Shown: piece after piece, positions 28,501 to 37,702 of the stretch
Layout of the letters: each line of letters opens with the position of its first letter
How positions within the stretch are numbered: the stretch's first letter is position 1
Source: an uncultured Gemmatimonadales bacterium
Lineage (GTDB): Bacteria > Gemmatimonadota > Gemmatimonadetes > Gemmatimonadales > Gemmatimonadaceae
Reading direction: 5' to 3'
NCBI GenBank assembly: GCA_963701965.1
Contig: OY969695.1
Location: 4,000,001 to 4,064,000, forward strand
Length of the DNA stretch: 64,000 nucleotides
Translations under genes and position numbers: made by a program
The notes under the pieces: model-generated
Told to the model about the DNA's origin: nothing
Databases searched by the model: none
The model's input: the letters and a program-made list of their open reading frames with translations, nothing else

Positions 28501-28652
28501 ACCCGCCTGCTGGGCTCAAGCATCAGATATAGCATCGCCGCCAACGTTACTTCTGAGTTGGCGTCGACCCTGTGCGATCCAATGTGAACTGCGCAGTCGC
28601 CAAGCGACACCAGGCGCGCTATTGTCGGTTGCGCTTCAGCAAGGTCTGTCAT
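25486..28652 (-). pseudogene. SARP/AfsR-like regulator (wHTH + BTAD + STAND ATPase + TPR-like tail), split by a frameshift near 28374
   Basis: ORF 28143-28652 has the SARP N-terminus (LYLMLEPSRRVPRSQLQALLWP..RLRQLLYVLR). ORF 25486-28350 has BTAD (LDIDPLNEEA), LVGR, Walker A GDQGIGKT, Walker B LVVIDAID, GNP and helical repeats. Adding one G at 28374-28375 joins them (SIT-LQLPTERVVVDVYD). Confidence 0.82.
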
Positions 28653-29111
28653 CTACGTCGAGGGTCCATGTAGTCGCACACGATCGAGGGCAAGCGTCAG
28701 GGGGCCGTCAGCCGTACCGTGCGGTGTTGAAGGATCCTGGCGCCCTGATCGAAGGCCCAAATTGCATTTGGTGAGTCGGCGCCGCAAATTTTCATCGCTT
28801 CGACATCAGCCCGACGGAATCAGTCTGGTCCCACTCAGCCCGCCAGCTGTTAAGACCGCATACAGTCAACGCGATTCGGCCGCAACACGGTCAAACTGTA
28901 CATGGTCATCTCAGCCGATTTTGAGACACGGGGCCGCGTCGCCACGCGCGATGTAACAATGTCGCGCGCCGTTCACCCGTCACGCGTGCAAATCCGTAGT
29001 GACGCGATCGGTGATATACGCGGCGCGAGCGTGGTCGCGGCGCTGGGATGACAAAGGAGCGATTGTGATGCGGCGCCGGTCGATGGCGCCGGCGTCGGGC
29101 GACGAGCTGCG

Positions 29112-30128
29112 CTAGCGACGGAACTCGAGGAGGCGCTCGACGCCGATGCCGTCGGCCTCGCCCTGGAAATTCACGAGGACGCGGTGGCGCAGGACCGCAA
29201 GCGCCACGGAGCGAACATCGTCAATGTCCGGAATCGCGCGCCCATCCATCGCCGCGCGCGCCTTCGCCCCCAACACGAGATACTGCGACGCACGCGGACC
29301 CGCACCGTAGCTCACGTACTTGCGCACGTCCGGCGTCGCCTCGGCGGCCGCCGGCCGCGTCGAGCGCGCCAAGCGAACCGCGTACTGCACCACCGTCGGC
29401 GGCGCCGGCAACCGCCGCACCAAATGCTGCAACTCCGCCAGCTGCGTACCCCGCAACACCGGCGTCACCGACGCCGTGACGTCTCCCGTCGTCGTCTGTA
29501 CGATCGCCTCTTCTTCGTCCTTCGTCGGATAATCGACGCGCAACTCGAACATGAACCGATCGAGCTGCGCCTCCGGCAACGGATACGTGCCTTCCTGCTC
29601 GATCGGATTCTGCGTCGCCAACACGAAGAACGGCGCCGGCAACGCCCGCGTCTCCCCCGCCGTCGTCACCGTATGCTCCTGCATCGCCTGCAGCAACGCC
29701 GCCTGCGTCTTCGGCGGCGCCCGATTGATCTCATCCGCCAACACCACATTCGCGAACACCGGCCCCGGCATGAACCGGAACGCCCGCCGCCCCGTGGCGT
29801 GATCCTCCTCCATCACCTCCGTCCCGGTGATGTCACTCGGCATGAGATCCGGCGTGAACTGCACGCGCGAGAACGACAGCTCGAGCGCCTGCGCCACCGT
29901 CTGCACCAACAACGTCTTGGCCAGCCCCGGCACACCCACGAGCAGCGCATGCCCACCCGCCAACAACGCCGCCACCAAATTGTCGACAATCTCGCGCTGA
30001 CCCACGATGCGCCGCCCAATCTGCTCGACCAACGCCCGCCGGCCTACGGCGAGACGCTCGAGCAATGCGACGTCCTGATCGTCGGGCATACTCCGCCCAT
30101 CACGCGCGACAACGGGTTGCGTGGCCAT
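29112..30128 (-). CDS. moxR: MoxR family AAA+ ATPase
   Basis: [62 protein letters not shown]. Confidence 0.93.
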   Translation of the reverse strand: MATQPVVARDGRSMPDDQDVALLERLAVGRRALVEQIGRRIVGQREIVDNLVAALLAGGHALLVGVPGLAKTLLVQTVAQALELSFSRVQFTPDLMPSDITGTEVMEEDHATGRRAFRFMPGPVFANVVLADEINRAPPKTQAALLQAMQEHTVTTAGETRALPAPFFVLATQNPIEQEGTYPLPEAQLDRFMFELRVDYPTKDEEEAIVQTTTGDVTASVTPVLRGTQLAELQHLVRRLPAPPTVVQYAVRLARSTRPAAAEATPDVRKYVSYGAGPRASQYLVLGAKARAAMDGRAIPDIDDVRSVALAVLRHRVLVNFQGEADGIGVERLLEFRR

Positions 30129-30223
30129 CGGCTAAAGATCGGCCGGGGGGCCGACAGAATGGAAGGGACCCGCCCGCAGTCGCTGCGCACGCGCGGGCGG
30201 CGCACCCCAGCGCCCGCCCAACA

Positions 30224-30757
30224 CTACGGGAGCGCGAACTCCGCCCGAGCCGTGCTCGGATAATTCGTGCTCGTCAGCGTCGCCACCGCCACCAGCGGCC
30301 CATGAATCACCGGATGCCGCCACTGCGCCGTGTACGACAACGACTCCCGCACATCCAACGGCTTGTTCCGCAGCGACTGCGTGAACATCTGCCCCGTACT
30401 CCAGCGCCACACCTCGCCACCCGCCGCATCGTACACGACCACGTCATACGTCTGACCACTCGGAAACGTCAGCTCGACCTTCCGCCCACCCGTGTTCGTC
30501 ACCGTGAGATTGAACTTCACATCCCCCGACCCGACCGCCACGTCGAGCGACGACTCCAACGAGATCGGCGGCTTCTTCGCCACCACGCCCCGCCCAATCC
30601 GCCCCGCCGACGCATACGGCGTCACCGACGCCGTGGCCAGCGACGGCGCCGCGGCCAGATGCGTTCGCGCAACTCCAATGTAGGCGATCGCCGCAGCGAC
30701 CAAGACAAACTGAATGAGACGGGCGTTCATGAGTACGGTACGGTCGCGAGGCGACAC
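30224..30757 (-). CDS. Exported protein with BsuPI (intracellular proteinase inhibitor)-like Ig domain; alternative start 30730
   Basis: Signal-like N-terminus; LTVTNTG..LTFPSGQTYDVVV..EVWRWSTGQMFTQ motif. Confidence 0.8.
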   Translation of the reverse strand: MSPRDRTVLMNARLIQFVLVAAAIAYIGVARTHLAAAPSLATASVTPYASAGRIGRGVVAKKPPISLESSLDVAVGSGDVKFNLTVTNTGGRKVELTFPSGQTYDVVVYDAAGGEVWRWSTGQMFTQSLRNKPLDVRESLSYTAQWRHPVIHGPLVAVATLTSTNYPSTARAEFALP

Positions 30758-30783
30758 GGGAAATCACGAATATGGTGTAAGCG

Positions 30784-30812
30784 AACTTATCAACACTTGC
30801 AAAAAGCGTCAA
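30784..30812 (-). promoter_or_regulatory. Sigma-70-type promoter for BsuPI-like gene/moxR
   Basis: Minus strand TTGACG-17 nt-TAAGTT. Confidence 0.6.
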
Positions 30813-30907
30813 GACACATTACAGGCGCTAAGTCATAACACAATGGCTACTTGCCATGCAACCCCGCTCCAGCTTCGGCGTGCCTTCGGCGGATGAGCTG
30901 GCTTTGC

Positions 30908-30936
30908 TTGCGAAAGATTTCACAAGCCCGTAATTT
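30908..30936 (+). promoter_or_regulatory. Sigma-70-type promoter for the atp operon
   Basis: TTGCGA-17 nt-TAATTT, ending 10 nt before ATG 30947. Confidence 0.55.
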
Positions 30937-30946
30937 CCCGCCGGCG

Positions 30947-31246
30947 ATGGGGGATCGGGACAAGCGAACCGTGGCGAACCCAACGGGAGCGGAAGACTCC
31001 CCGGAGTCGTCGCGCGGGACAGGGCCGGCTGCACTCGCCGGTGCGGGATTTGAATTCGCGGGTGCGATCCTGCTCGGACTCTTCGCCGGACAATGGTTGG
31101 ACAAAAAACTGGGCACCGCACCCTGGCTCCTCGTGCTCGGCGCATTCCTCGGCGCCGCAGCGGGATTCGTACAACTCATTCGCATCCTCACGACTGCCCA
31201 ACGCCGTGCAAAGTCACGCACGAATTCGCGTGATCTCCCGCGCTGA
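30947..31246 (+). CDS. AtpZ/AtpI family protein
   Basis: GLFAGQWLDKKLGTAPWLLVLGAFLGAAAGF motif; first gene of the atp cluster. Confidence 0.85.
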   Translation: MGDRDKRTVANPTGAEDSPESSRGTGPAALAGAGFEFAGAILLGLFAGQWLDKKLGTAPWLLVLGAFLGAAAGFVQLIRILTTAQRRAKSRTNSRDLPR

Positions 31247-31249
31247 ACT

Positions 31250-31618
31250 GTGAGCGCGATCACACGTCCGCGCACGTGGATGATCGCGCCGCTCCTCGGC
31301 GCCACCGTCATCGCGGGAATCGCATGCGCGCTCGCCGGATTCGTCTTCACGGGAGCCGACAGCCGACGCGCCGTCGCGATCTCCGCCGGCGTCGCCTTCG
31401 CCGTGCAGAGCGCCGGCTTCGCCATCGTCTGGCGCCTCAAACGCTGGAACATCATGGGCGCCTGGGGCCTCGCCGCCGGACTCCGGTTCCTGGCCCTCGC
31501 CGCCTATGGCCTGATCGCCGTCCGCACGCTCGCCCTCCCGGCAACCGCCGCACTGTTCAGTTTGGTGACATTCTTTTTCGTGACAACTTTGGCCGAACCG
31601 TGGCTCCTTCGACCATGA
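31250..31618 (+). CDS. AtpI-like 4-TM membrane protein
   Basis: Four hydrophobic helices; lies between the atpZ-like gene and atpB. Confidence 0.65.
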   Translation: MSAITRPRTWMIAPLLGATVIAGIACALAGFVFTGADSRRAVAISAGVAFAVQSAGFAIVWRLKRWNIMGAWGLAAGLRFLALAAYGLIAVRTLALPATAALFSLVTFFFVTTLAEPWLLRP

Positions 31619-32562
31619 TGGCTCTCCGTAGAATCTCCCGCCTCGCCCTGGGCTTTGCCCTCGCCGCGTCGCTCGCTCCCGCCGCGCTCCGCGCGCAGGA
31701 ACCGCAAGCACCGGCCGCAAACCAGGACATCATCACCCCGCACATCACCGACTCCCACGAGCTGGACGTCCCGTGGCTGTCGCCCAGCACCGGCTATATC
31801 AAGGTGGTGCAGCTGCCCGAGTGGCCCCCGGTCCACGTCGGCCCGGTCACCCTCGACCTGTCCCCCACCAAGCACGTCGTCTTCCTGGTCCTCGCCGGTG
31901 TGCTCTGTATCGCCACCCTGCTCCCCGCCGCCTCGTGGCACCGCCGCCACCTCCAAGACCCGGGCACCCCCCGGGGCTTCGCCGGCGGCATCGAAGCCAT
32001 GGTCCTGTACCTCCGCGAGACCGTCGTCCTCCCCAACGTCGGTCCCCACGGCGACGCCTACACGCCCTATATCCTCAGCGTCTTCTTCTTCATCCTGTTC
32101 TGTAACCTCCTGGGCCTCATTCCGTACGGATCCACTGCCACCGGCAATGTCTCCGTCACCGCGGCCCTGGCCCTCATCTCGTTCATCGTGATCGAGATCT
32201 CCGGGATGGTCTCCCTCGGCAAGAAATACTGGAGCACCATCTTCTATTGGAATCACGACCTCGCCCTCCCCATCCGGGTCCTGCTGTTCTTCATCATGAC
32301 CCCGATCGAGATCGTGTCCAAGCTCACCAAGCCCTTCGCTCTCACGATCCGTCTCTTCGCCAACATGACCGCCGGCCACGTCGTGCTCCTCGTGCTCATC
32401 GGTCTCATCTTTACATTCCATAACATCTGGATCGTCCCCGGCCCCATCCTCCTGGGCGTCGCCGTGTCGTTCCTGGAACTGTTCGTCGCGTTCCTGCAAG
32501 CGTTCGTGTTCGCCCTCCTCACGGCCGTCTTCATCGGCCAGATCCGCCAGGCGGCCCACTGA
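31615..32562 (+). CDS. atpB: ATP synthase Fo subunit a
   Basis: CNLLGLIP, TATGN, KPFALTIRLFANMTAGH, LELFVAFLQAFVFALLT. Confidence 0.96.
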   Translation: MMALRRISRLALGFALAASLAPAALRAQEPQAPAANQDIITPHITDSHELDVPWLSPSTGYIKVVQLPEWPPVHVGPVTLDLSPTKHVVFLVLAGVLCIATLLPAASWHRRHLQDPGTPRGFAGGIEAMVLYLRETVVLPNVGPHGDAYTPYILSVFFFILFCNLLGLIPYGSTATGNVSVTAALALISFIVIEISGMVSLGKKYWSTIFYWNHDLALPIRVLLFFIMTPIEIVSKLTKPFALTIRLFANMTAGHVVLLVLIGLIFTFHNIWIVPGPILLGVAVSFLELFVAFLQAFVFALLTAVFIGQIRQAAH

Positions 32563-32702
32563 CCGCTCCTCAGTGAGCCGAACGTAACCGGCCGAATGGC
32601 CGGCCAAGCCCATTGAGGCCCGGGCCTCGCTGATGGGCGACGTCCAGAAGACCGGACGCGGAGCAGTGACTCGGATTTTTTCAAAGCACGGAGAAGAAAG
32701 TC

Positions 32703-32984
32703 ATGGTGCACCACCTCGCTACGTTCCTCCAAGCCGCCGGCTCGTTCTCGCGGGAGTACGAAGGCGCCTGGGGCATGCTCGGCGCCGCGGTCGGCGCCGG
32801 CCTCTCGGCCATCGGCGCCGGCATCGGCATCGGGCGCATCGGCGGGCAGGTTGCCGACGGTATGGCCCGCCAGCCCGAACTCGCCGGTACCATCCAAACC
32901 GGCGGCCTCATTCTCGCCGCCCTCATCGAAGGCGTCGCGCTCTTCGGCGTCGTCATCGCGTTCCTCGTCGTCAACAAATTCTGA
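32703..32984 (+). CDS. atpE: ATP synthase Fo subunit c
   Basis: GAGIGIGRIGG, MARQPE, AALIEGVALF; GGAG RBS. Confidence 0.96.
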   Translation: MVHHLATFLQAAGSFSREYEGAWGMLGAAVGAGLSAIGAGIGIGRIGGQVADGMARQPELAGTIQTGGLILAALIEGVALFGVVIAFLVVNKF

Positions 32985-33046
32985 TGGCGTCGACGGTGAT
33001 GGGCCCGGGCCCGTCACCGTCCCCTCGCGCCGGAGCACCGCTGCCC

Positions 33047-33628
33047 ATGCGTCGTCTCTTTTGGTCCCTCGCCCTGTTCGCCCCCACCGCGCTCGTCGCG
33101 CAGGAAGCGGCCCCCAAAGCCCCGCCCTCGCTGCTGACGCCCAACGGTGGCCTCATGGTGTGGACGATTTTCATCTTCCTGATCGTCCTCTTCATCCTGT
33201 CCACCAAGGCGTTCAAGCCGATCACGGCCGCCGTCGAGGCCCGTGAGAAGGCCCTGACCGACGCCCTCGAAGGCGCCAAACGCGATCGCGAAGAAGCCGC
33301 GAAGCTCCTGAACGAGCAACGCAAGCAGATCGAAGCGTCGCGCGACGAGGGCCAGAAAGTCATCGCCGATGCCCGCGCCGCCGCCGAGCAGGTCCGCACC
33401 GGCTTGCTCGAAGACACGCGCAAGCAACAGCAAGACCTCCTCGAAAAGGCGCGGCGCGAGATCGGCAACGAACGCGACAAAGCGATCGCCGAGCTCCGGC
33501 GCGAAGCCGTCGACCTGGCCATCGCCAGCGCCTCCAAGGTCATCGAGAAGAACCTCGACGACCGGTCCAATCGCGAGCTGGTCGAGAAATTCCTCTCGTC
33601 CCTCGACGCCAAGCCGGGATCGCGCTGA
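33047..33628 (+). CDS. atpF: ATP synthase Fo subunit b (alternative coupled start 32984)
   Basis: PNGGLMVWTIFIFLIVLFIL TM, KPITAAVEARE, long coiled coil. Confidence 0.93.
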   Translation: MRRLFWSLALFAPTALVAQEAAPKAPPSLLTPNGGLMVWTIFIFLIVLFILSTKAFKPITAAVEAREKALTDALEGAKRDREEAAKLLNEQRKQIEASRDEGQKVIADARAAAEQVRTGLLEDTRKQQQDLLEKARREIGNERDKAIAELRREAVDLAIASASKVIEKNLDDRSNRELVEKFLSSLDAKPGSR

Positions 33629-34191
33629 TGCAATCCGGGACCGTCGCCCGCAACTACGCCGAGACGCTCCTCGCGCTGGCCGCGCGCGCCGAGGACACCG
33701 CGGGCTGGGCCACGATGATCGGTGACATCGCCAACGCCGTCCGCCGCAATGTCACCCTGCAACGGTTTCTGGCTTCGCCCAAGATCGCGCCCCGCGAAAA
33801 GAAAGCCGTGCTGAAGAAAGCCCTCGGCGACCGCGTGCCCCGCATCTTCCTGCGCTACCTCGACACGCTGATCGACAACCGCCGCCAGACGCTCATCCCC
33901 CAGATCGCCGCCGCCTACACCGACCTCCTCGAGGAGCGCGAGGGCCGCGTACACGCCGACGTCACCGTGGCCCGCGCGATCGACGGCGATGACGAAGGCG
34001 CCATCGCCCGCAACCTGAGCCGCGTGCTCAGCAAGACCGTCGTACCGCACATCACGATCGATCCCGCGATCCTCGGAGGCCTCGTGGTCCGCATAGGCGA
34101 CACGGTGATGGACGGTTCCGTCCGCCGCCGCCTCGCCGCCCTCCGCCGTCGCCTCGGTGGCAGTGCCACGGCCAACTTAGCCGGGCGCTGA
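33628..34191 (+). CDS. atpH: ATP synthase F1 subunit delta
   Basis: VARNYAETLL, FLASPKI, IDPAILGGLVVRIGDTVMDGSV. Confidence 0.95.
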   Translation: MQSGTVARNYAETLLALAARAEDTAGWATMIGDIANAVRRNVTLQRFLASPKIAPREKKAVLKKALGDRVPRIFLRYLDTLIDNRRQTLIPQIAAAYTDLLEEREGRVHADVTVARAIDGDDEGAIARNLSRVLSKTVVPHITIDPAILGGLVVRIGDTVMDGSVRRRLAALRRRLGGSATANLAGR

Positions 34192-34244
34192 ACCCGCGCT
34201 GACGACGCGACGGCGCTCGGCCCGCCTCGTCGCTTTCCTGGCGC

Positions 34245-37200
34245 TTGGGCTTCCGTCGGCCGGCGCCGCCGTCGCGTCATCTCCTGTTTGGCCAGGCGCC
34301 CATCGCCCGGACTTCCCCGCCGTCCGGCGACACCGCGGGATACTGGCAGCAACACGTCGACTATCGGATCACCGCGCGCCTCGATGAGGCCACCGCGATC
34401 CTCCACGCGCACGCGACCCTGCGCTATGTGAACCATGCGCCGGACACGCTCCGCGCGTTGTACTTCCATCAGTACCTGAACGCGTTCCGGCCACACTCGG
34501 CGTGGAGCGCGGCCGACGAGCGGGAAGGGCGCGTCCGATTCCAACATTTGCGGGATCCGGACTACGGATTCGAACGCTTCACCGCGCGACCGGACGTGAA
34601 CGGCGTCCCGGTCACGCCCGACTACCCGGGCGCGCCCGATAGCACCGTCGTCCGCTTTCCGCTGCCGCACCCACTGGCGCCCGGCGACTCGTGCGTCGTC
34701 ACGTTGCAATGGGATGCGCGGTTATCCACGGTGCCCCGCCGCCAAGGGCGGCGCGGTCGGAGCTACGATTTCGCGCACTGGTATCCCAAGGTCGCCGTGT
34801 ACGATCGGCTGGGATGGGAGGCGCGCGCCCTGACCCCGGCCGGAGAGATGTACGGCGAGTTCGGCGACTACGATGTCTCGCTCGCGCTGCGCGATGATCA
34901 GATCGTCGGCGCCACGGGCGTCGTCGCCGCCGGAGACCCGGGCTGGGCCCGCGTGTCGCATACGCCCGGGTTCCCGCGCGCGCGCCCGCGCGCACTGAGC
35001 GCACCGGCGCCCGGATTCAAGATGGTCCGATTCTCGGCCCACGACATTCACCAATTCGCCTGGTCGACATTGCCCGACTACCGGTACGAGGGCGGGCAGT
35101 ATACCACCCAGACGGACGTGCCGGAGCGCGCGATCGACATCCATGTCTTGTACAAGCCCGGCGACGAACGGACGTGGGGTCGAGGCATCGCGGTCCGGCG
35201 CACGGCCAATGCCCTGGCCTGGCTGGAGTCCGTGTACGGCCCGTATCGCTACCCGCAGATCACGAACGTGCACCGCCTCGATGGCGGCGGCACGGAATTC
35301 CCCATGATGATCATGAACGGCTCGGCCTCGCAGGGCCTGATTCTCCACGAGACCGGCCACATGTACACGTACGCGATCCTCGCCAACAACGAGTGGGCCT
35401 CGGCGTGGATGGACGAGGGCCTGACGGAGTACCAGACGGAATGGGCCGAACGGCTCACCCGCGCCGACCGGCACCAGCCGGCGACCGGTCCCCAGATCGC
35501 CATCGCGGCCGAAGGCGTCGCGCCGCCGAAACCCCACGGGTACCGCGCGCTGGCCCTGACCCCATCATTCGGCGAACGCGGCGACATCCAACAGTATCGT
35601 CTCGACGTGCTGCGCCACGCCGAACCGCTGGGACAACCGGCGAATCAGTTCAGCGAATTCGGCATCTACAACGCCATGGTCTACGATCGCGCCGTACGAA
35701 TGTACGGCGCGTTGCGCGATGTGATGGGCGAATCCGCCTGGCACCGCTTTCTCCACCAGTACTACGCCGACTGGGCGTTCAAGCACGTCGACGAGTTGGC
35801 GATGCGCACGGAGGCCGAGCGCGCCGCCGGCCGCGATCTGAGCTGGTTCTTCGACGAGTGGCTGCGCCACACCGGACTGGTCGAATACGCGCTCGGCACC
35901 TGGGTCACGACGCCCGACGGCGCGGGCTGGAGCACCACGGTCACGGTGCTCCGCCGCGGCCCGTATCTCCATCCGATCCCGGTCGGCGTCCGCACCGCCG
36001 ACGGCTGGACCTTGGGCCGCTCGGAACCGCTGCGCGATCCGGACACTGTCCGGGTGCACACCCGGTTGCACCCACGAGACGTGCGCCTCGATCCCAAGGA
36101 GCAGACGGAAGATTGGTGGCGCATCGACAACGCCGACATCATGGTGCCGTGGCTCGACGACCGGTCGTCGCGCGTCACCCTGGACTGGCCGCTGCTCGAT
36201 CAGTGGCGCGCCGACCGGTTCGTGACGGCGATCCTGCCCTACGTCTGGTACAGCGACCCGGGGCACGCCACGCCGGCGATCCGCTTCCGGACCAACTATC
36301 AAGGATGGCTCGACCGCATCACGCTCGGGCTGGCCATGCCCGTCGGTCCCGGCGTGCCGGCCCGGTCGCGCGTGCAAGGATGGGCGACCCTGAGCGATCC
36401 CGCCGCCGGCGGCAAACTGACCCCCGGACTCTCCATCGGCGACTGGGCGCTCGATGGCGTGGATCGCTTTCAGCTGGCGCGCACGTGGGACGTGAACCGC
36501 TTCGTGTACGCCAACGGACCGATGGAGTCGATCACGGCGGCGCTCACCGGAACGTTTCCGTACGACGACACGTTCTTCGACCCCGCGCGCTGGGAAGGAC
36601 ACAATACCATGTCGGCGTCGCTCGCCGGCGCGCTCCGCACCCGCGCGCCGGACACGCTGCGCGTCCGCGCGACGCTCGATGGCGGCCTGGTGCTGGGCGG
36701 GTCCAACGCGACACGCGGCTATGTCCGCATCGATGCCGCCATCGCGAAAATCTGGGGCAGCGAGGACGGCACCGGACGGATCGCCATCCGCGGCTACGCG
36801 GGCTACGACCCGCGGGCCCCGATCGAGCGGGCGATATTCCTGTCGTCGCTCGACCCGACGGAGACCTTCACCAATGACTACCTCCGGCCTCGCGGCGCGC
36901 CGCTGGCGCGTCCGGATGTGCACTTCACGGCACTCGGCGGCGCCGGCCTGCGCGGGTACGATCCGCGGCTGGCCGTGCCGGCGATCGCGGCGATCAACGT
37001 CGACGCATCGACCCGGATCATTGCGTTCTCCGACCGGCCGCGCCCCTTGGGGATGTACGTCGGTGCTTTTGCCGACGCCGGCACGACGTTCCGGAGCGGT
37101 GCGCTCGCCAGCGCGGCGCCGGCCGGCGCCGGCGCGCTCCAGGAACACCTGCTCGCCGACGCCGGTGTGGGCGTCGCGCTGCGGGGGTATGTTTATGACC

Positions 37201-37334
37201 GGGACGTACGGATACGCGTCGATATTCCGTTCTTCGTCGCGCAGCCGTCGCTGGCCGCCGGACGACTCGGCGCGGGCGGCGACACGAACGTGGCTGCCTG
37301 GCGATGGAGCTTGTCTTTCAACGACTTATGGTGA
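34245..37334 (+). CDS. M1 family metallopeptidase with C-terminal beta-rich (outer-membrane barrel-like) region; true start probably further upstream
   Basis: YWQQHVDYRI, WYPKVAVYD, GGTEF, HETGH-x18-E zinc motif, VYDR; C-terminal alternating beta-strands (FADAG..DAGVGVAL..RVDIPF). Confidence 0.85.
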   Translation: MGFRRPAPPSRHLLFGQAPIARTSPPSGDTAGYWQQHVDYRITARLDEATAILHAHATLRYVNHAPDTLRALYFHQYLNAFRPHSAWSAADEREGRVRFQHLRDPDYGFERFTARPDVNGVPVTPDYPGAPDSTVVRFPLPHPLAPGDSCVVTLQWDARLSTVPRRQGRRGRSYDFAHWYPKVAVYDRLGWEARALTPAGEMYGEFGDYDVSLALRDDQIVGATGVVAAGDPGWARVSHTPGFPRARPRALSAPAPGFKMVRFSAHDIHQFAWSTLPDYRYEGGQYTTQTDVPERAIDIHVLYKPGDERTWGRGIAVRRTANALAWLESVYGPYRYPQITNVHRLDGGGTEFPMMIMNGSASQGLILHETGHMYTYAILANNEWASAWMDEGLTEYQTEWAERLTRADRHQPATGPQIAIAAEGVAPPKPHGYRALALTPSFGERGDIQQYRLDVLRHAEPLGQPANQFSEFGIYNAMVYDRAVRMYGALRDVMGESAWHRFLHQYYADWAFKHVDELAMRTEAERAAGRDLSWFFDEWLRHTGLVEYALGTWVTTPDGAGWSTTVTVLRRGPYLHPIPVGVRTADGWTLGRSEPLRDPDTVRVHTRLHPRDVRLDPKEQTEDWWRIDNADIMVPWLDDRSSRVTLDWPLLDQWRADRFVTAILPYVWYSDPGHATPAIRFRTNYQGWLDRITLGLAMPVGPGVPARSRVQGWATLSDPAAGGKLTPGLSIGDWALDGVDRFQLARTWDVNRFVYANGPMESITAALTGTFPYDDTFFDPARWEGHNTMSASLAGALRTRAPDTLRVRATLDGGLVLGGSNATRGYVRIDAAIAKIWGSEDGTGRIAIRGYAGYDPRAPIERAIFLSSLDPTETFTNDYLRPRGAPLARPDVHFTALGGAGLRGYDPRLAVPAIAAINVDASTRIIAFSDRPRPLGMYVGAFADAGTTFRSGALASAAPAGAGALQEHLLADAGVGVALRGYVYDRDVRIRVDIPFFVAQPSLAAGRLGAGGDTNVAAWRWSLSFNDLW

Positions 37335-37702
37335 GCGGACGACACGCGGTGCGCACGGTCCCCAAGCCCTGGGGACACGAGACGATTTGGGCCCACACGG
37401 ACACCTACGTGGGCAAAATCTTGCATATCAAGGCCGGGCACGCGCTGTCGCTACAGTTTCACAACCTCAAGGACGAAACGATCCACTTGCTGTCTGGCGA
37501 GATGATCTATCGTGTCGAGATCGATGGCGAGCTCCGCGACGTGAAACTCAAGGCCGGGGAATCCTACCGGAACGTGCCGGGCACCATCCATCAGATGGAG
37601 GCGGTGACGGACTGCGACGTGCTGGAAGCATCGACGCCGCACCTGGACGACGTCGTTCGGCTCAAGGACCGCTACGGACGCGAGGGCACCAGCACACCAT
37701 GA
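37331..37702 (+). CDS. Cupin-domain protein (mannose-6-phosphate isomerase type II-like)
   Basis: VPKPWGHE, LSLQFHNLKDET, IHQMEA, EASTPHLDDVVRLKDRYGR. Confidence 0.85.
   Translation: MSGRHAVRTVPKPWGHETIWAHTDTYVGKILHIKAGHALSLQFHNLKDETIHLLSGEMIYRVEIDGELRDVKLKAGESYRNVPGTIHQMEAVTDCDVLEASTPHLDDVVRLKDRYGREGTSTP

Larger units (their letters stand above)
23850..29100. other. Lower-GC genomic islet between two convergent host genes
   Basis: Hand-counted 60-mers give 32-33 G+C of 60 (at 24661 and 27001) versus 41-45 in flanking genes. No integrase or transposase seen. Confidence 0.8.

Noticed and set aside
23857..29084. att-like direct repeat at islet ends (TTGTGA..GGCGC..GGTC..GATGG at ~23858 and ~29062)
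   Set aside because: Needs three gaps over ~22 nt, and there is no integrase or tRNA; compatible with chance.
28660..29105. Small ORFs in the right end of the islet (e.g. 30 aa from 28959 on +, 32 aa on -)
   Set aside because: No RBS, no recognisable composition or motif.
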